From the NCBI GenBank assembly GCA_036802505.1, contig DAIRWC010000001.1, positions 1 through 41,349 on the forward strand: a stretch of DNA of 41,349 nucleotides, written 5' to 3'. The DNA comes from Solirubrobacterales bacterium (GTDB taxonomy: Bacteria > Actinomycetota > Thermoleophilia > Solirubrobacterales > 70-9). Of the stretch, positions 28,759 through 37,746 are shown piece by piece. Positions within the stretch are counted from its first letter, which is position 1. Each line of letters opens with the position of its first letter. Below the pieces are notes generated by a model. The model saw nothing but the letters and a program-made list of their open reading frames with translations, had not been told where the DNA came from and made no database searches. Both the position numbers and the translations under genes were made by a program.

Positions 28759-30288
28759 CTACGACCTCGCCTTCTGCGTCTCCGCTACCCGCGTCTCCCG
28801 CAGGTAACGGTCCATGCGCTGCACCGACCACGGCGCGGCACCGGAGAATTGGTGGGAGAAGAGGGTGCCCGTCTGCCCTCGCTGATGCTGATCCTGGGCG
28901 ATCACCGGGGCGGCCCCGAGTTTGTAGAGCTGGCCTTTGCCGAGCGCCTTGTAGTCCTCGGCCACCTTCACCGTGACTTCCCCGGTGCCCCACAGCTTCG
29001 AGCCCACGAAGGTCTTTTCGTCGGCGTCTTCAAGTTCGTAGAACCCTGACTGCCAGCGACAGTCGAGATCCGCGGCCGAGGCGTCGGCGTTGGTGGCCGG
29101 GGTGTAGAAGTAGACGCGGCGGTTGCCGGCGCCGGTCCCCGAGAAGAAGATCCGCGCCCGGTTGTTGGTCTGTTCCATCCACGCAACCAGGCAGTTGAGC
29201 GCCGCGGTGTAGATCGTCCAAGCCTGGGAGCGCAGGTCGAACTTCATCACCCGGTCGACGACGCCGCCTTCTTCGAGGCCCACGTAGAGGGCTTCCCCCG
29301 TGTAGGCGATCCCGGCCCCGTTCACCCAGCGCCGGGTGCCGAGAGTGGTGAGGACCGGGCCGAGTAGCGGAGTCGATTCCGAGAGCGGCGCCAGGTCGTC
29401 GGAGAGCAGGGAGGGTTCGGCGCCGGTCGTCGCGTACACGCCGTGGTCGGCCACGAAGTAGACCGAGTCGTTGCCGGCGATCACGTTCTCGGCCCGCTTG
29501 GCGCCGGGGGTCCGCATCCGCGTCCCGAGCTCGACCGACCGGAAGTTGAAGACGGGTTTGCCATCAGCGTCCGCGGAGACGCCGAAGAAGATGAAGCAGC
29601 GCGTCTCCTTGAAGACGAAGATCATCCCGCCGAAGGCGACGCAGCCGGTGATTTCCTCACCGTCGCCGGGGTTGAGCTGCACGTAGGCGGTGGGTTCGTA
29701 TTCCTCCCCGTTGCCCGGCATAGAGAACCACACGTGGGAGCCGCTCGAGATGGCGCCGTTGGGGCCTCCCGCCGCGGTGGTGCCGGCGACGACGAGGCGG
29801 TTGCCGCCGTCCGGCCACACCGCCAGGAAGCGGCCCTTCGGCATCGCCCCGGCCGCGACTTCGCCGACTTTGGCGGTCGGGCTCGTGAAGTCAGCGCCGT
29901 CGTAGCGCTTGAGGGTGTTTTCCTGATCGGCGATGTAGGTGTAGGAGGCCGAGGGCGTCCCGAGCTTGGCGAAGGCCAGGTGCTTTTCGTTGGAGGCGAT
30001 CGTTTTGCCGGCGACCTCTTTGCCTTCTTCGTTGAGGACGAGGATCGTGGCACCGCGGCGGGAGATCAGGCGAGTGAGCGAGTGGCCGAAGAGGGCGTCG
30101 TAGCTCGAGGCGGCGTCGGCCGGCGAGAACGCGGCCGCGCCCTGCCTCGAGCGCAGCGTCGACAGGGAGTTGTCCCAATCGACGTCGAGCAGGTCGATCG
30201 CGTTGTCGGCGCCGACGTCGTCGAGCGGCTTGCTCAGGATCAGCCCCCCGTAGTTGGTGAAGGGGATCGGTTTGGGGGCGGTCGGCAT
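28759..30288 (-). CDS. Tail tube/nozzle-like structural protein (509 aa)
   Basis: Large beta-rich protein directly downstream of adaptor-sized genes. The call is positional only. Confidence 0.4.
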   Translation of the reverse strand: MPTAPKPIPFTNYGGLILSKPLDDVGADNAIDLLDVDWDNSLSTLRSRQGAAAFSPADAASSYDALFGHSLTRLISRRGATILVLNEEGKEVAGKTIASNEKHLAFAKLGTPSASYTYIADQENTLKRYDGADFTSPTAKVGEVAAGAMPKGRFLAVWPDGGNRLVVAGTTAAGGPNGAISSGSHVWFSMPGNGEEYEPTAYVQLNPGDGEEITGCVAFGGMIFVFKETRCFIFFGVSADADGKPVFNFRSVELGTRMRTPGAKRAENVIAGNDSVYFVADHGVYATTGAEPSLLSDDLAPLSESTPLLGPVLTTLGTRRWVNGAGIAYTGEALYVGLEEGGVVDRVMKFDLRSQAWTIYTAALNCLVAWMEQTNNRARIFFSGTGAGNRRVYFYTPATNADASAADLDCRWQSGFYELEDADEKTFVGSKLWGTGEVTVKVAEDYKALGKGQLYKLGAAPVIAQDQHQRGQTGTLFSHQFSGAAPWSVQRMDRYLRETRVAETQKARS

Positions 30289-30909
30289 CTAGAGGTAGTC
30301 CCCGCCGCGCCCTGAGCGCGTCAGACGCCGCTCCTTGTCGTAGTTGGGCTTCATCAGGGCGTGAACCATCGCGTCACGCTCCTTTTCGTAGTCCTTCCAC
30401 GCTTCGGAGGCCGCCTCCCAATTGTCGGTCGCCTTGTAGACCTTCACCCTGACTCGGGTGACGATCAGATCGTGGTAGTCGGCGGGGATGATCGGTTCTT
30501 CGTTGTCGGCGATCGCCACCGGCACCTTGCGGTAGCGCACCTTGAAGTTGCCACCGCCGCTCGGGGGCGGGTAGACCTTGATCGTCGTCCCGTTCTCGGT
30601 GTACCAGCATTCGGCCTGGCCGACGCCGGACAGGGTCGGGTCGCCGAGGAGGAGCTGATTGAGGGTGGCCGGGTCGAGCGGGTTGCGATGGGTGACGTCG
30701 GAGACGGCGATCACGTGCCCCAGGTCGGCGATCGCCAGCGGGGCAGCGCCTTCTTTTTCGGCGAAGAGGAAGGGCCACGGTTTGAAGTCGCAGAGCCCGC
30801 GGATCGCCTGCTGAATCCAGCGGTTGATCCGCGCTTCGCCCCCGGTGTCGTTGGCGATGTTTTCGGCACCGAGGCCGATGATCTCTTCGCGTATTTCTTT
30901 TCGGTTCAC
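30289..30909 (-). CDS. Head-tail adaptor candidate (206 aa)
   Basis: GTG 30909. Position and size are typical of adaptor/connector proteins. Confidence 0.4.
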   Translation of the reverse strand: MNRKEIREEIIGLGAENIANDTGGEARINRWIQQAIRGLCDFKPWPFLFAEKEGAAPLAIADLGHVIAVSDVTHRNPLDPATLNQLLLGDPTLSGVGQAECWYTENGTTIKVYPPPSGGGNFKVRYRKVPVAIADNEEPIIPADYHDLIVTRVRVKVYKATDNWEAASEAWKDYEKERDAMVHALMKPNYDKERRLTRSGRGGDYL

Positions 30910-31506
30910 TCAGGCCCCCGCAGGAAGTAGAAGGCCCGAGTCGGACGCCTCGGCGAAGCTCACCCCGCCCGCGTAGGGGACGTGAGGGGCGTGGCCGCGG
31001 TCGGTGCGGCGAAGCTCGCCACCGTCGCCCCTGATGCGCTTGAGCGCCCGCCAGTCCTCGGCGATCTGATCTCGACGCTGCTCACCCTCGAGCAGAACGG
31101 CGCGGGCGCGGGCGCGCTCCTCGTCGTCTTCGCCCTTGCGGATCTCCTCGAGCGCACCGTCGCGCCAGAGGTCGGCCGCCTTGAACTTCTCGACCCAATA
31201 GAGGTCCGGCTCCGCGTAGGCCCAATCAGGGCCGCACAGCGCGAAATAGGCGTTCCTCGGGTGGGTGAGGAGCTTGACGTGCCAGCGGCCGGGGATCACG
31301 CCGGGGGCGCGCTGTCGTGGGTGGAGCTCGCCGGCCCGCTCGGCGATCTTCACCACCCGGATTCGGTCGTCGAGCTGACGCAGCTCGCGCTCGAGGGCCT
31401 CGCCTCCGGCCTCCCCCGTCTCCATCTTTTCGGTGTGGGCGTCGATGGCCTTCATCCGCTCCTCGCGGCTGACCGGCACATGGAGCCCTGCGGGCGTGGT
31501 CGGCAT
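30910..31506 (-). CDS. Hypothetical virion-module protein (198 aa)
   Basis: ATG 31506. High GC3. Charged helical sequence. Confidence 0.5.
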   Translation of the reverse strand: MPTTPAGLHVPVSREERMKAIDAHTEKMETGEAGGEALERELRQLDDRIRVVKIAERAGELHPRQRAPGVIPGRWHVKLLTHPRNAYFALCGPDWAYAEPDLYWVEKFKAADLWRDGALEEIRKGEDDEERARARAVLLEGEQRRDQIAEDWRALKRIRGDGGELRRTDRGHAPHVPYAGGVSFAEASDSGLLLPAGA

Positions 31507-31510
31507 CGGT

Positions 31511-31870
31511 CTAGCTGCCCCAGGCGAAGACCAGCGCCTTGACTTTTTTGGTCACGCCTTCCGCGGCGACCTCGGCCGGCGTCTCGTCGACCAAGATGAT
31601 CGTCTCGAGGTCGGGGTCGTAGATCACGTTGGCGATGTTGGCCGTGGCTTCCCCGATGCTCGTCAGGACGGCATGGCCGTACTCGACTCGGTTGAGGCCG
31701 AAATCGGACGGGACCAAGGGCTCGTCCTGCACGTATTTGTCGGGGAAGGTGACGGGCAACACCGCCAGCTTGAGGTTGCCCGGAGGGGCGTTCTTGCGGG
31801 GGCGGGTGCCGATCGCCAGCGCGCCCAGGGCGAGCAGCGCGTAGAAGGGCGCGAAGAGGAGGCGTTTCAC
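31511..31870 (-). CDS. Small protein with N-terminal signal-peptide-like segment (119 aa)
   Basis: GTG 31870 after AAGGAG. Starts VKRLLFAPFYALLALGALAIG. The track extension to 32089 is rejected. Confidence 0.55.
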   Translation of the reverse strand: MKRLLFAPFYALLALGALAIGTRPRKNAPPGNLKLAVLPVTFPDKYVQDEPLVPSDFGLNRVEYGHAVLTSIGEATANIANVIYDPDLETIILVDETPAEVAAEGVTKKVKALVFAWGS

Positions 31871-31925
31871 TGTGTGCTCCTTTGGTCGAGTGGGTGACGG
31901 TGAAAGAAGTTCGGTAGACGCAGAA

Positions 31926-31956
31926 GAGGGGCGCCCCCGGCAATGGGGCGCCCCTC
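31926..31956 (-). terminator. 12-bp perfect GC hairpin just downstream of the capsid gene (attenuator or partial terminator)
   Basis: GAGGGGCGCCCC pairs with GGGGCGCCCCTC around a 7-nt loop. On the reverse strand it is followed by TTCTGCGTCT, a weak U-tract. Confidence 0.45.
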
Positions 31957-31962
31957 GAGCTG

Positions 31963-33171
31963 CTAGTTGAGCGCCGTCGCCACCGCGTGGGTGTTGCGAC
32001 GGGTCAGCGCGGAGTTGAGGCGCCAGTAGAGCGCGCCCCGGTAATGGGTCGTTCCCTCCTGGTAGCGGATCATCTCCGAGCTCGCCCACTGAGGACCCTG
32101 CTTGCTGCGGATCGAACCGAGGTCCGATTTACGCAGCATGAACAGGCACCGATCGGGGCAGTCGAAGTGACGCTCGATCGGAGTGCCCTGCGGGGTGGTG
32201 AGCCCGTTGCGCTTGCCGGTGTTGTAGCTGTCTCCGGCGTTGAAGCGGACCTGCGCCTGGAGTTCTTCACTCAGGATGCGGATCTGCTTCGCGGAGGAGA
32301 TGCACCAATCCGGCTCCTCGCCGGAGCTCTGGAAGACTTCGTCTTCGAGCTCGTAGACGAGGCTGGTGCTGACGTCCTGGGCCGTCGAGTCGACGAAGGC
32401 CGCCCAGGTCGGCACTTCGGCGGGGTCGATCCCTCCGTAGGCGATCGAGTCGCTGAGCATCGCCAGCAACCCGTCGACCTCGAAGGATTCTTCCCCATCG
32501 CGCGCGTTGGCGATCGACACGAAGAATTTGCCGTCTTCTTCGGAGTCGAAGGCTTCACCGGAGATCGTGATCGTCCCGTTTTTGACGGAGACGGCCGTGA
32601 TTTCCCGCTTGTCGCCTTTTTCGTCCTCGGCCGCTTTCGTGCCGATGTCGACCTTGAGGCCGGGGTACAGGTGTCCCCGCTTGAGGGCGCCTTTCCCGTT
32701 GGTGTCGAGAGTGAAGGTGTTGACCGCACCTTCGCTGTCGGCGAGCGAGCAGATGATGCCCGAGCCGTCCGAAAACAGCCCGCGCTGCAACTGCCGTTTG
32801 ATCCCGTCGACTGCGCCCGACCGCTCGGCCTCGACTGCCTTGGACAGAGCCAGGGCGGACGTGGCCGATTCGTCGATCACGGCGGACTCGATGATGACAT
32901 CGAACCAGTTGTGCGAGTAGAGGTAATCCGCCCGCTTGGTCACGATGTTGGTGCCTTCGTTCAGTTCCGAAGAACCGTTGCGGGGCACCGCCGAGTAGCC
33001 ACCCGAGAGTCCGGTACGGACGGCGACGCGGCAAGTGTCACCGTTTTCACCCTCGGGGGTGAGTTTGACGAACTGATCGAGCAGCGGGCTTCCGACGAAG
33101 ACCGAGTTCTCGATCGAGTCCGACAGGAACGTGTCCTTCATTACGGCCCTAAAGGCCGTGGCGTTCTGCAT
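31963..33171 (-). CDS. Major capsid protein candidate (402 aa)
   Basis: Follows portal and scaffold. Strong AGGAG SD. A hairpin lies downstream. Size is typical of HK97-fold capsid proteins. Confidence 0.6.
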   Translation of the reverse strand: MQNATAFRAVMKDTFLSDSIENSVFVGSPLLDQFVKLTPEGENGDTCRVAVRTGLSGGYSAVPRNGSSELNEGTNIVTKRADYLYSHNWFDVIIESAVIDESATSALALSKAVEAERSGAVDGIKRQLQRGLFSDGSGIICSLADSEGAVNTFTLDTNGKGALKRGHLYPGLKVDIGTKAAEDEKGDKREITAVSVKNGTITISGEAFDSEEDGKFFVSIANARDGEESFEVDGLLAMLSDSIAYGGIDPAEVPTWAAFVDSTAQDVSTSLVYELEDEVFQSSGEEPDWCISSAKQIRILSEELQAQVRFNAGDSYNTGKRNGLTTPQGTPIERHFDCPDRCLFMLRKSDLGSIRSKQGPQWASSEMIRYQEGTTHYRGALYWRLNSALTRRNTHAVATALN

Positions 33172-33179
33172 CAGAGCTC

Positions 33180-34151
33180 CTAGTCGTTTTGGGAGGCGAG
33201 TGCTGCTTCGGCCGCTGCGAGGCCGATCTCTGCCCTCTCCTCCGGCTTGTTGACGTCGAGCGCCTTGCCGCCGGGCCTACCACCCGGTGCCCCACGTCCC
33301 GGCTGCGAGCGCTGCTCAGCCCACGATTGCTCGCGGGATGCCAGCCAGCTCTTGAGAAGCGTCGCTGCGCTCTCATAGTCGGGCAAGCCGTCCGGCCCCG
33401 GGGTCGCCTCCGCTCGCTGGCGGATGATCGCGTCCTCGTAGTCGTCCAGCTCACGGCCCCACTCGCCCTCGATTTTCTCGAGTTCGGTGTCGGCCAAGTC
33501 GTCGAGCGCCTGCTCGACTTCGTCGGCCTCCCTCTGCTGCGCCTCCGTCTGCCGCTCTCCCTCGATCGCGGCGAGGCGAGCCTCAAGCTCGTTCTCGTCG
33601 CCATCTTCGAGCAACTGACGCAGCTCATCGTCGATCTCCTCGCCTCCCCGCGCAGGCGCCTGAACTCCGAGGAGCTCGAGCGTCTGCGGGTTCGACAAGT
33701 CGATCCCCATGAGTTGCAGGTAGTGGGGCATGGTCGCGGGGTCGCGCAGGCCCTCAATCAGAGCCTGCGACTGTTCGGCTTCACGCCTGGCCTCGGTTAC
33801 CTCTTGCCGGTCAGCTTGTCGCCGCTGGGTGTATTGGCCTTGCCAGTCTTTCTGCAAGGCTTCCACCGCGGGGCGGGCCGCCGGGTCGACGCTGTCGAGG
33901 TCGAAGGAGCCAATGAACTCCTCCTCGGAACCGGGCTCAGCACCGCCGCCGGGCTCCCCCTCACCACCGGGCTCGACTGCTGCCGGGGGCACCCCTGGTT
34001 CGGCTCGACATACGAGCGTCCCCGGTGGAGTGGCCGCGGCTTCTGCCGGCCAGTTGGCTTCGAGACTCGGCGCGATCGCAAGGACCTCGTCGAGCATCGG
34101 GAGGGTGTTGGATGCCTTGTTCCGGTCGGTGCCGGAGGGCTGATCCTTCAT
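33180..34151 (-). CDS. Scaffolding protein candidate (323 aa)
   Basis: Highly acidic, Glu/Ala/Leu/Gln-rich helical sequence between the portal and capsid genes. AAAGGAG SD. Confidence 0.55.
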   Translation of the reverse strand: MKDQPSGTDRNKASNTLPMLDEVLAIAPSLEANWPAEAAATPPGTLVCRAEPGVPPAAVEPGGEGEPGGGAEPGSEEEFIGSFDLDSVDPAARPAVEALQKDWQGQYTQRRQADRQEVTEARREAEQSQALIEGLRDPATMPHYLQLMGIDLSNPQTLELLGVQAPARGGEEIDDELRQLLEDGDENELEARLAAIEGERQTEAQQREADEVEQALDDLADTELEKIEGEWGRELDDYEDAIIRQRAEATPGPDGLPDYESAATLLKSWLASREQSWAEQRSQPGRGAPGGRPGGKALDVNKPEERAEIGLAAAEAALASQND

Positions 34152-34362
34152 CGGATTGACTCCTTTGGTGTGTGTGGGGCGCTCGGGAGCGCTTGTCCAC
34201 TGTTTTGATCGGAGGGGGATCTGCCGATCCCCTTGTTCCGGGTAAGTTTCTGTCGCGTCGCGCCGGCCAGGTGCGACCGCTCGATCGAGCTGCGACGTCT
34301 TTTCCGTCGCGTCGGGATCTCGTCGCGCCTGCAGGAAGCAGTCGCGCGGGCCCTACGCCGAC

Positions 34363-36525
34363 TCATTCGCTCGGAGTGGGGCCAGGGCCTTCTTCGCCTG
34401 GCTGGGTGCCGCCGGGGGCCGGGCCGCCGCCGGGGAGGGAAGGCGAGGGCTTCGGTTCGGGTTCCTTGCCCGCGTTGATCTGGCCCTGTTCTTCGGCGAC
34501 CTGATTCTGCACTTCGGCTTCGCGCTGCTGGGCGGCCGTTTCGAGGTCGATCAGCTTTTGGTAGAAGAAGAGCGAGGCGTCCTTCGTCTGCCGCGGCGCG
34601 CGATCCCAATCGTCGGTCTTCATCCATTCCTCGATCGAGGATTTGAGGATCGGCAGGGAGTCGAAGGGGCGCGGCAGCCAACCCGGCACCATCGGGCGGC
34701 CGCCGACTTCCTCGAGCACTTCCTCGCCGGGGAGCGCCGGCCGAAGCGGCTGGTTCCAGAAGGTGCCGTCGCGGAGCTGCTCGATCACGCGGTGGGCGCG
34801 GCCGATGTCCTCTTCGTAGCCCTGGATCAGTTTCTCGGGGTGCGCCGAGTTGAGGGCCTCGATCACGACCTCCGGCGGGAAGACGCCGGGGAAGGTCTGC
34901 ACGAGCTGCATGATCCGCTGTTCGATCTGCGGCCGGGTCTGGGTGTTGGCGGCCGACTGCTTCACGGCGACGTCGGTTTGGTCGCGGATGTCGGCCCCGG
35001 TGAAGTCGCCTACGGGTTCCCAGCCCGTCGTGCCCCGGAACTTCAAGATCCGGTCGGCGCCGTACTTGCGCTGGGCGATCACGAGGCAGTCAGACATCAG
35101 GCCCGAGCGGAAGCGGTCGAAGTCGTCGACGAACTTCTGCCAGGCGACGCGGGAGAGTTCGACGACCGAGCTGATCGCCGTCCCCGATTCGACCTGCGGC
35201 GGGATGTCCTGATCGAAGGAGATGTCGACGAAGCGCTGCTTGGCGCGTTCTTCCATCTCGAAGAGCTCGGAGGGGAACTGGATGTTTTCGCGCCATTCGG
35301 GCTTTTCCCCGTTGGCGAGGGTGCGGTCGTACTCGAGCACGAGGCCGGGCTCGTCGGTCGGGTCGGTGAGCAGCACCCCCTCGGCGGCGAGGATCTGCGC
35401 GACAAGGCCGATCTGGCTGTACTCCGACTGCTTGTTGATCGCCTGGTCGTAGCTGCGGACGACGTCGATGATCTTCTGCACGAGCCCGCGGGCGCGATCG
35501 CTGGCGCCGTCGACGTCGTAGGTGAGGCGGCGCAGGCAAGGGATGTCGACGACCTCGCCTTGGCCGTTGACCATCGGGTAGTCCTCGTCGACGAAGATCT
35601 TGCGGCCCCCGGCGTAGGTGCCCCAGCGGCCTTTCGGATGCTTGGGGCAGGGGCGCTCGAAGTATTCGGTGACGATGCAGAGCTTGGCGCCCTTCTTCTC
35701 CTTGGCCGTCGAGCGGGCCGAGGCGGTCGCGGCGTCGGGTTGGAGCTTGCCGTTGGGGACCTTGAGGAAGCCGGGCTCGTCTTCGATCTCCTCGATCGAG
35801 CGCGCGTGCTCGACGGCGTACCACCGGCTCTTCTCGAAGTCGACGCCGGGCTCCCAGAGAACCTCGAGCCCGGAATAGATCACGACCTCGATCTCGCCGC
35901 GGCCGCGCCACACCGGAGCTTCGGGGTCGGCCTGGCCCTCGTAGGGGCGGTGTTCGCGCTGGCCGCCCTGGCCGTCGTCGACCATTTCGACCTTGTCGGC
36001 TTCGGGATGCTGGGAGACGTCGATGTAGGGGCCGACGTTGCCGTTCCAAACGGCGCGGCCGAAGGTTTCCTCCGTCACCATCGCCCACCACAGGGCCTTC
36101 GCCTCGGCGTTGGGGAAGCCCCACAGTTCGTAGCCGGCGGCGGCGAGCCGCATGGCGATCCTCGAGGCGGCGTAGTCCTCGGGATCTGACGTCACCGCCG
36201 TCGACTCCCATTCGGGATCTCGCTGCGTCGCGGAGGAGATCTTCCGCTTGAGCATCGGCGAGATGATGTCGTTGCTGCGGCGCACCCGGTGGTCGGGCTT
36301 TTCGCCGCCCTGCGATGCCACCGCCGTCGAGACGTCGACGACTTTGGTGCCGTCCTCGTTGAGCTCGGAGAAGTGGTTGCCGTTGGCGAAGCGGATGCCG
36401 AGCTGGCGACGGGCGACGACTTCCTCGAGCCCGGTGCGGCCGCGCTTGAGGCGGGCCTCGACCTCGGTGGGAACGCTCTCTTTCCCGTTGACCTCTTTCT
36501 GCGGCGCCTCGGCGACCTCAGCCAC
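34363..36525 (-). CDS. Portal protein (720 aa)
   Basis: Size and position downstream of terminase and upstream of scaffold and capsid. GTG 36525 after GAGGAGG. Confidence 0.7.
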   Translation of the reverse strand: MAEVAEAPQKEVNGKESVPTEVEARLKRGRTGLEEVVARRQLGIRFANGNHFSELNEDGTKVVDVSTAVASQGGEKPDHRVRRSNDIISPMLKRKISSATQRDPEWESTAVTSDPEDYAASRIAMRLAAAGYELWGFPNAEAKALWWAMVTEETFGRAVWNGNVGPYIDVSQHPEADKVEMVDDGQGGQREHRPYEGQADPEAPVWRGRGEIEVVIYSGLEVLWEPGVDFEKSRWYAVEHARSIEEIEDEPGFLKVPNGKLQPDAATASARSTAKEKKGAKLCIVTEYFERPCPKHPKGRWGTYAGGRKIFVDEDYPMVNGQGEVVDIPCLRRLTYDVDGASDRARGLVQKIIDVVRSYDQAINKQSEYSQIGLVAQILAAEGVLLTDPTDEPGLVLEYDRTLANGEKPEWRENIQFPSELFEMEERAKQRFVDISFDQDIPPQVESGTAISSVVELSRVAWQKFVDDFDRFRSGLMSDCLVIAQRKYGADRILKFRGTTGWEPVGDFTGADIRDQTDVAVKQSAANTQTRPQIEQRIMQLVQTFPGVFPPEVVIEALNSAHPEKLIQGYEEDIGRAHRVIEQLRDGTFWNQPLRPALPGEEVLEEVGGRPMVPGWLPRPFDSLPILKSSIEEWMKTDDWDRAPRQTKDASLFFYQKLIDLETAAQQREAEVQNQVAEEQGQINAGKEPEPKPSPSLPGGGPAPGGTQPGEEGPGPTPSE

Positions 36526-36874
36526 CGTCTACCTCCTCGTCCGCGCGCTCGGCCTTCCTGCGCTCGCTACGGGCAGCGAAGGCGGCGTCGTCGTCGGCGC
36601 CGATCGGTTTGCGCGGCACGTAGGGCCTCTCGCGTCGCGCCTCGAGGGCAGCGTCGGCCACGGCGATCTCCGGGGCCTGAATGCGCTGGTAGAGCTCCCT
36701 GCGCTCCCTGGCCGCCCTCTCCCTCTCCTCCGCGAGCTCCGAGCGCGCAGCGGCCGTCTCAGCCCGGCTGCGGGCAAGCTCGGTGGCCGCCTCGTGGCGA
36801 TCGCGCCTCGATCGCCACTCCCCGTAGAGGAGAAGCGCGAGGAGGCCGAGGGTGGCTAGGAGGATCTCGATCAT
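36518..36874 (-). CDS. Membrane-anchored coiled-coil protein (118 aa)
   Basis: ATGA overlap at 36871-36874. N-terminal MIEILLATLGLLALLLYG followed by an Arg/Glu/Ala-rich helix. Confidence 0.55.
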   Translation of the reverse strand: MIEILLATLGLLALLLYGEWRSRRDRHEAATELARSRAETAAARSELAEERERAARERRELYQRIQAPEIAVADAALEARRERPYVPRKPIGADDDAAFAARSERRKAERADEEVDGG

Positions 36875-37398
36875 TGGAGCTTCGAGGCCCCGACCGTGTA
36901 GGCCCATTTGCCGCCGGCCGAGTGCGTCACCTTGACGCGCCACTTGCCGGGCAGGGCGAGGGCCATTACTTCGTGACTGCCGACCGCGGCCGTCTCGGCG
37001 GCGCCGGGGTAGATCGTGTAGGCGAGGGTGGTGCCGGCCCCGAGTTCACTCGCTTTTTTGGTGACGGCGAAGGCGGTCAGCGGGACGTGCTTCCCCGAGG
37101 CCGGGTCGCGCAGCTCGAGCGAGAGAGCGAGGGTGCCGGCTTCCTCGGCTTCGGCAGCCGCGAGCGCTTCTTCGGCTTCGACGAGTTCCGCTTCGGCCGC
37201 TTCTTTCGGGGCGCCTTCTTCGGCCGCCGCGACCGCTTCTTCGGCCGCCAGTTTGGCGGCTTCGGCTGCGGCTTTGCCGGCCGGAACGTCGGTGACGTCG
37301 AGGATGATTAGCACCCCGCGCTGGCCGGCGGGAGTGTTCTGATCCTCGCTCGACGTCGTCGCGGAGCGTCCTTCGGACTTGAGCAGGGTGTTGTTCAT
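36871..37398 (-). CDS. Hypothetical protein with a ~50-aa Ala/Glu-rich insert (175 aa)
   Basis: ATG 37398 (TGATG overlap). Beta-like segments flank AAAEAAKLAAEEAVAAAEEGAPKEAAEAELVEAEEALAAAEAEEAG. Confidence 0.55.
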   Translation of the reverse strand: MNNTLLKSEGRSATTSSEDQNTPAGQRGVLIILDVTDVPAGKAAAEAAKLAAEEAVAAAEEGAPKEAAEAELVEAEEALAAAEAEEAGTLALSLELRDPASGKHVPLTAFAVTKKASELGAGTTLAYTIYPGAAETAAVGSHEVMALALPGKWRVKVTHSAGGKWAYTVGASKLQ

Positions 37399-37736
37399 CA
37401 GCTTCCCTCCGGGGTGGTTGCAGGACCGAGCGCCTCGCGGAGTCTGTCTTCGGCGACGGACAGCCCTTCCTTGCCGGCGACGATCGCCCGCAGGCGACCG
37501 GCCTCCGCGTTGGCCTCCTCGAGCTCGGCCTTGATCTCGTCGACCTCGGCCTGGCGCACCATCCCGCACTTCTCGGCCGCGACTTCGACCGTCTCGCGGC
37601 GGATATAGATGTGCGGGTCGACGCCGTCGAAGTCTTTGCCGAAGTCGACGACCTCGCCATCGCGGCGGCCGGTGACGACGCACGTGTGCGGCGGCTTGGA
37701 GTTGTGAGCGGGCAGGGTGAGGAGTTTCGGGTCCAA
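37398..37736 (-). CDS. Hypothetical protein (112 aa)
   Basis: TTG 37736 after GAAAGGAAC, just past the terL stop. The track extension to 37895 overlaps terL and is rejected. Confidence 0.5.
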   Translation of the reverse strand: MDPKLLTLPAHNSKPPHTCVVTGRRDGEVVDFGKDFDGVDPHIYIRRETVEVAAEKCGMVRQAEVDEIKAELEEANAEAGRLRAIVAGKEGLSVAEDRLREALGPATTPEGS

Positions 37737-37746
37737 GGGGTTCCTT

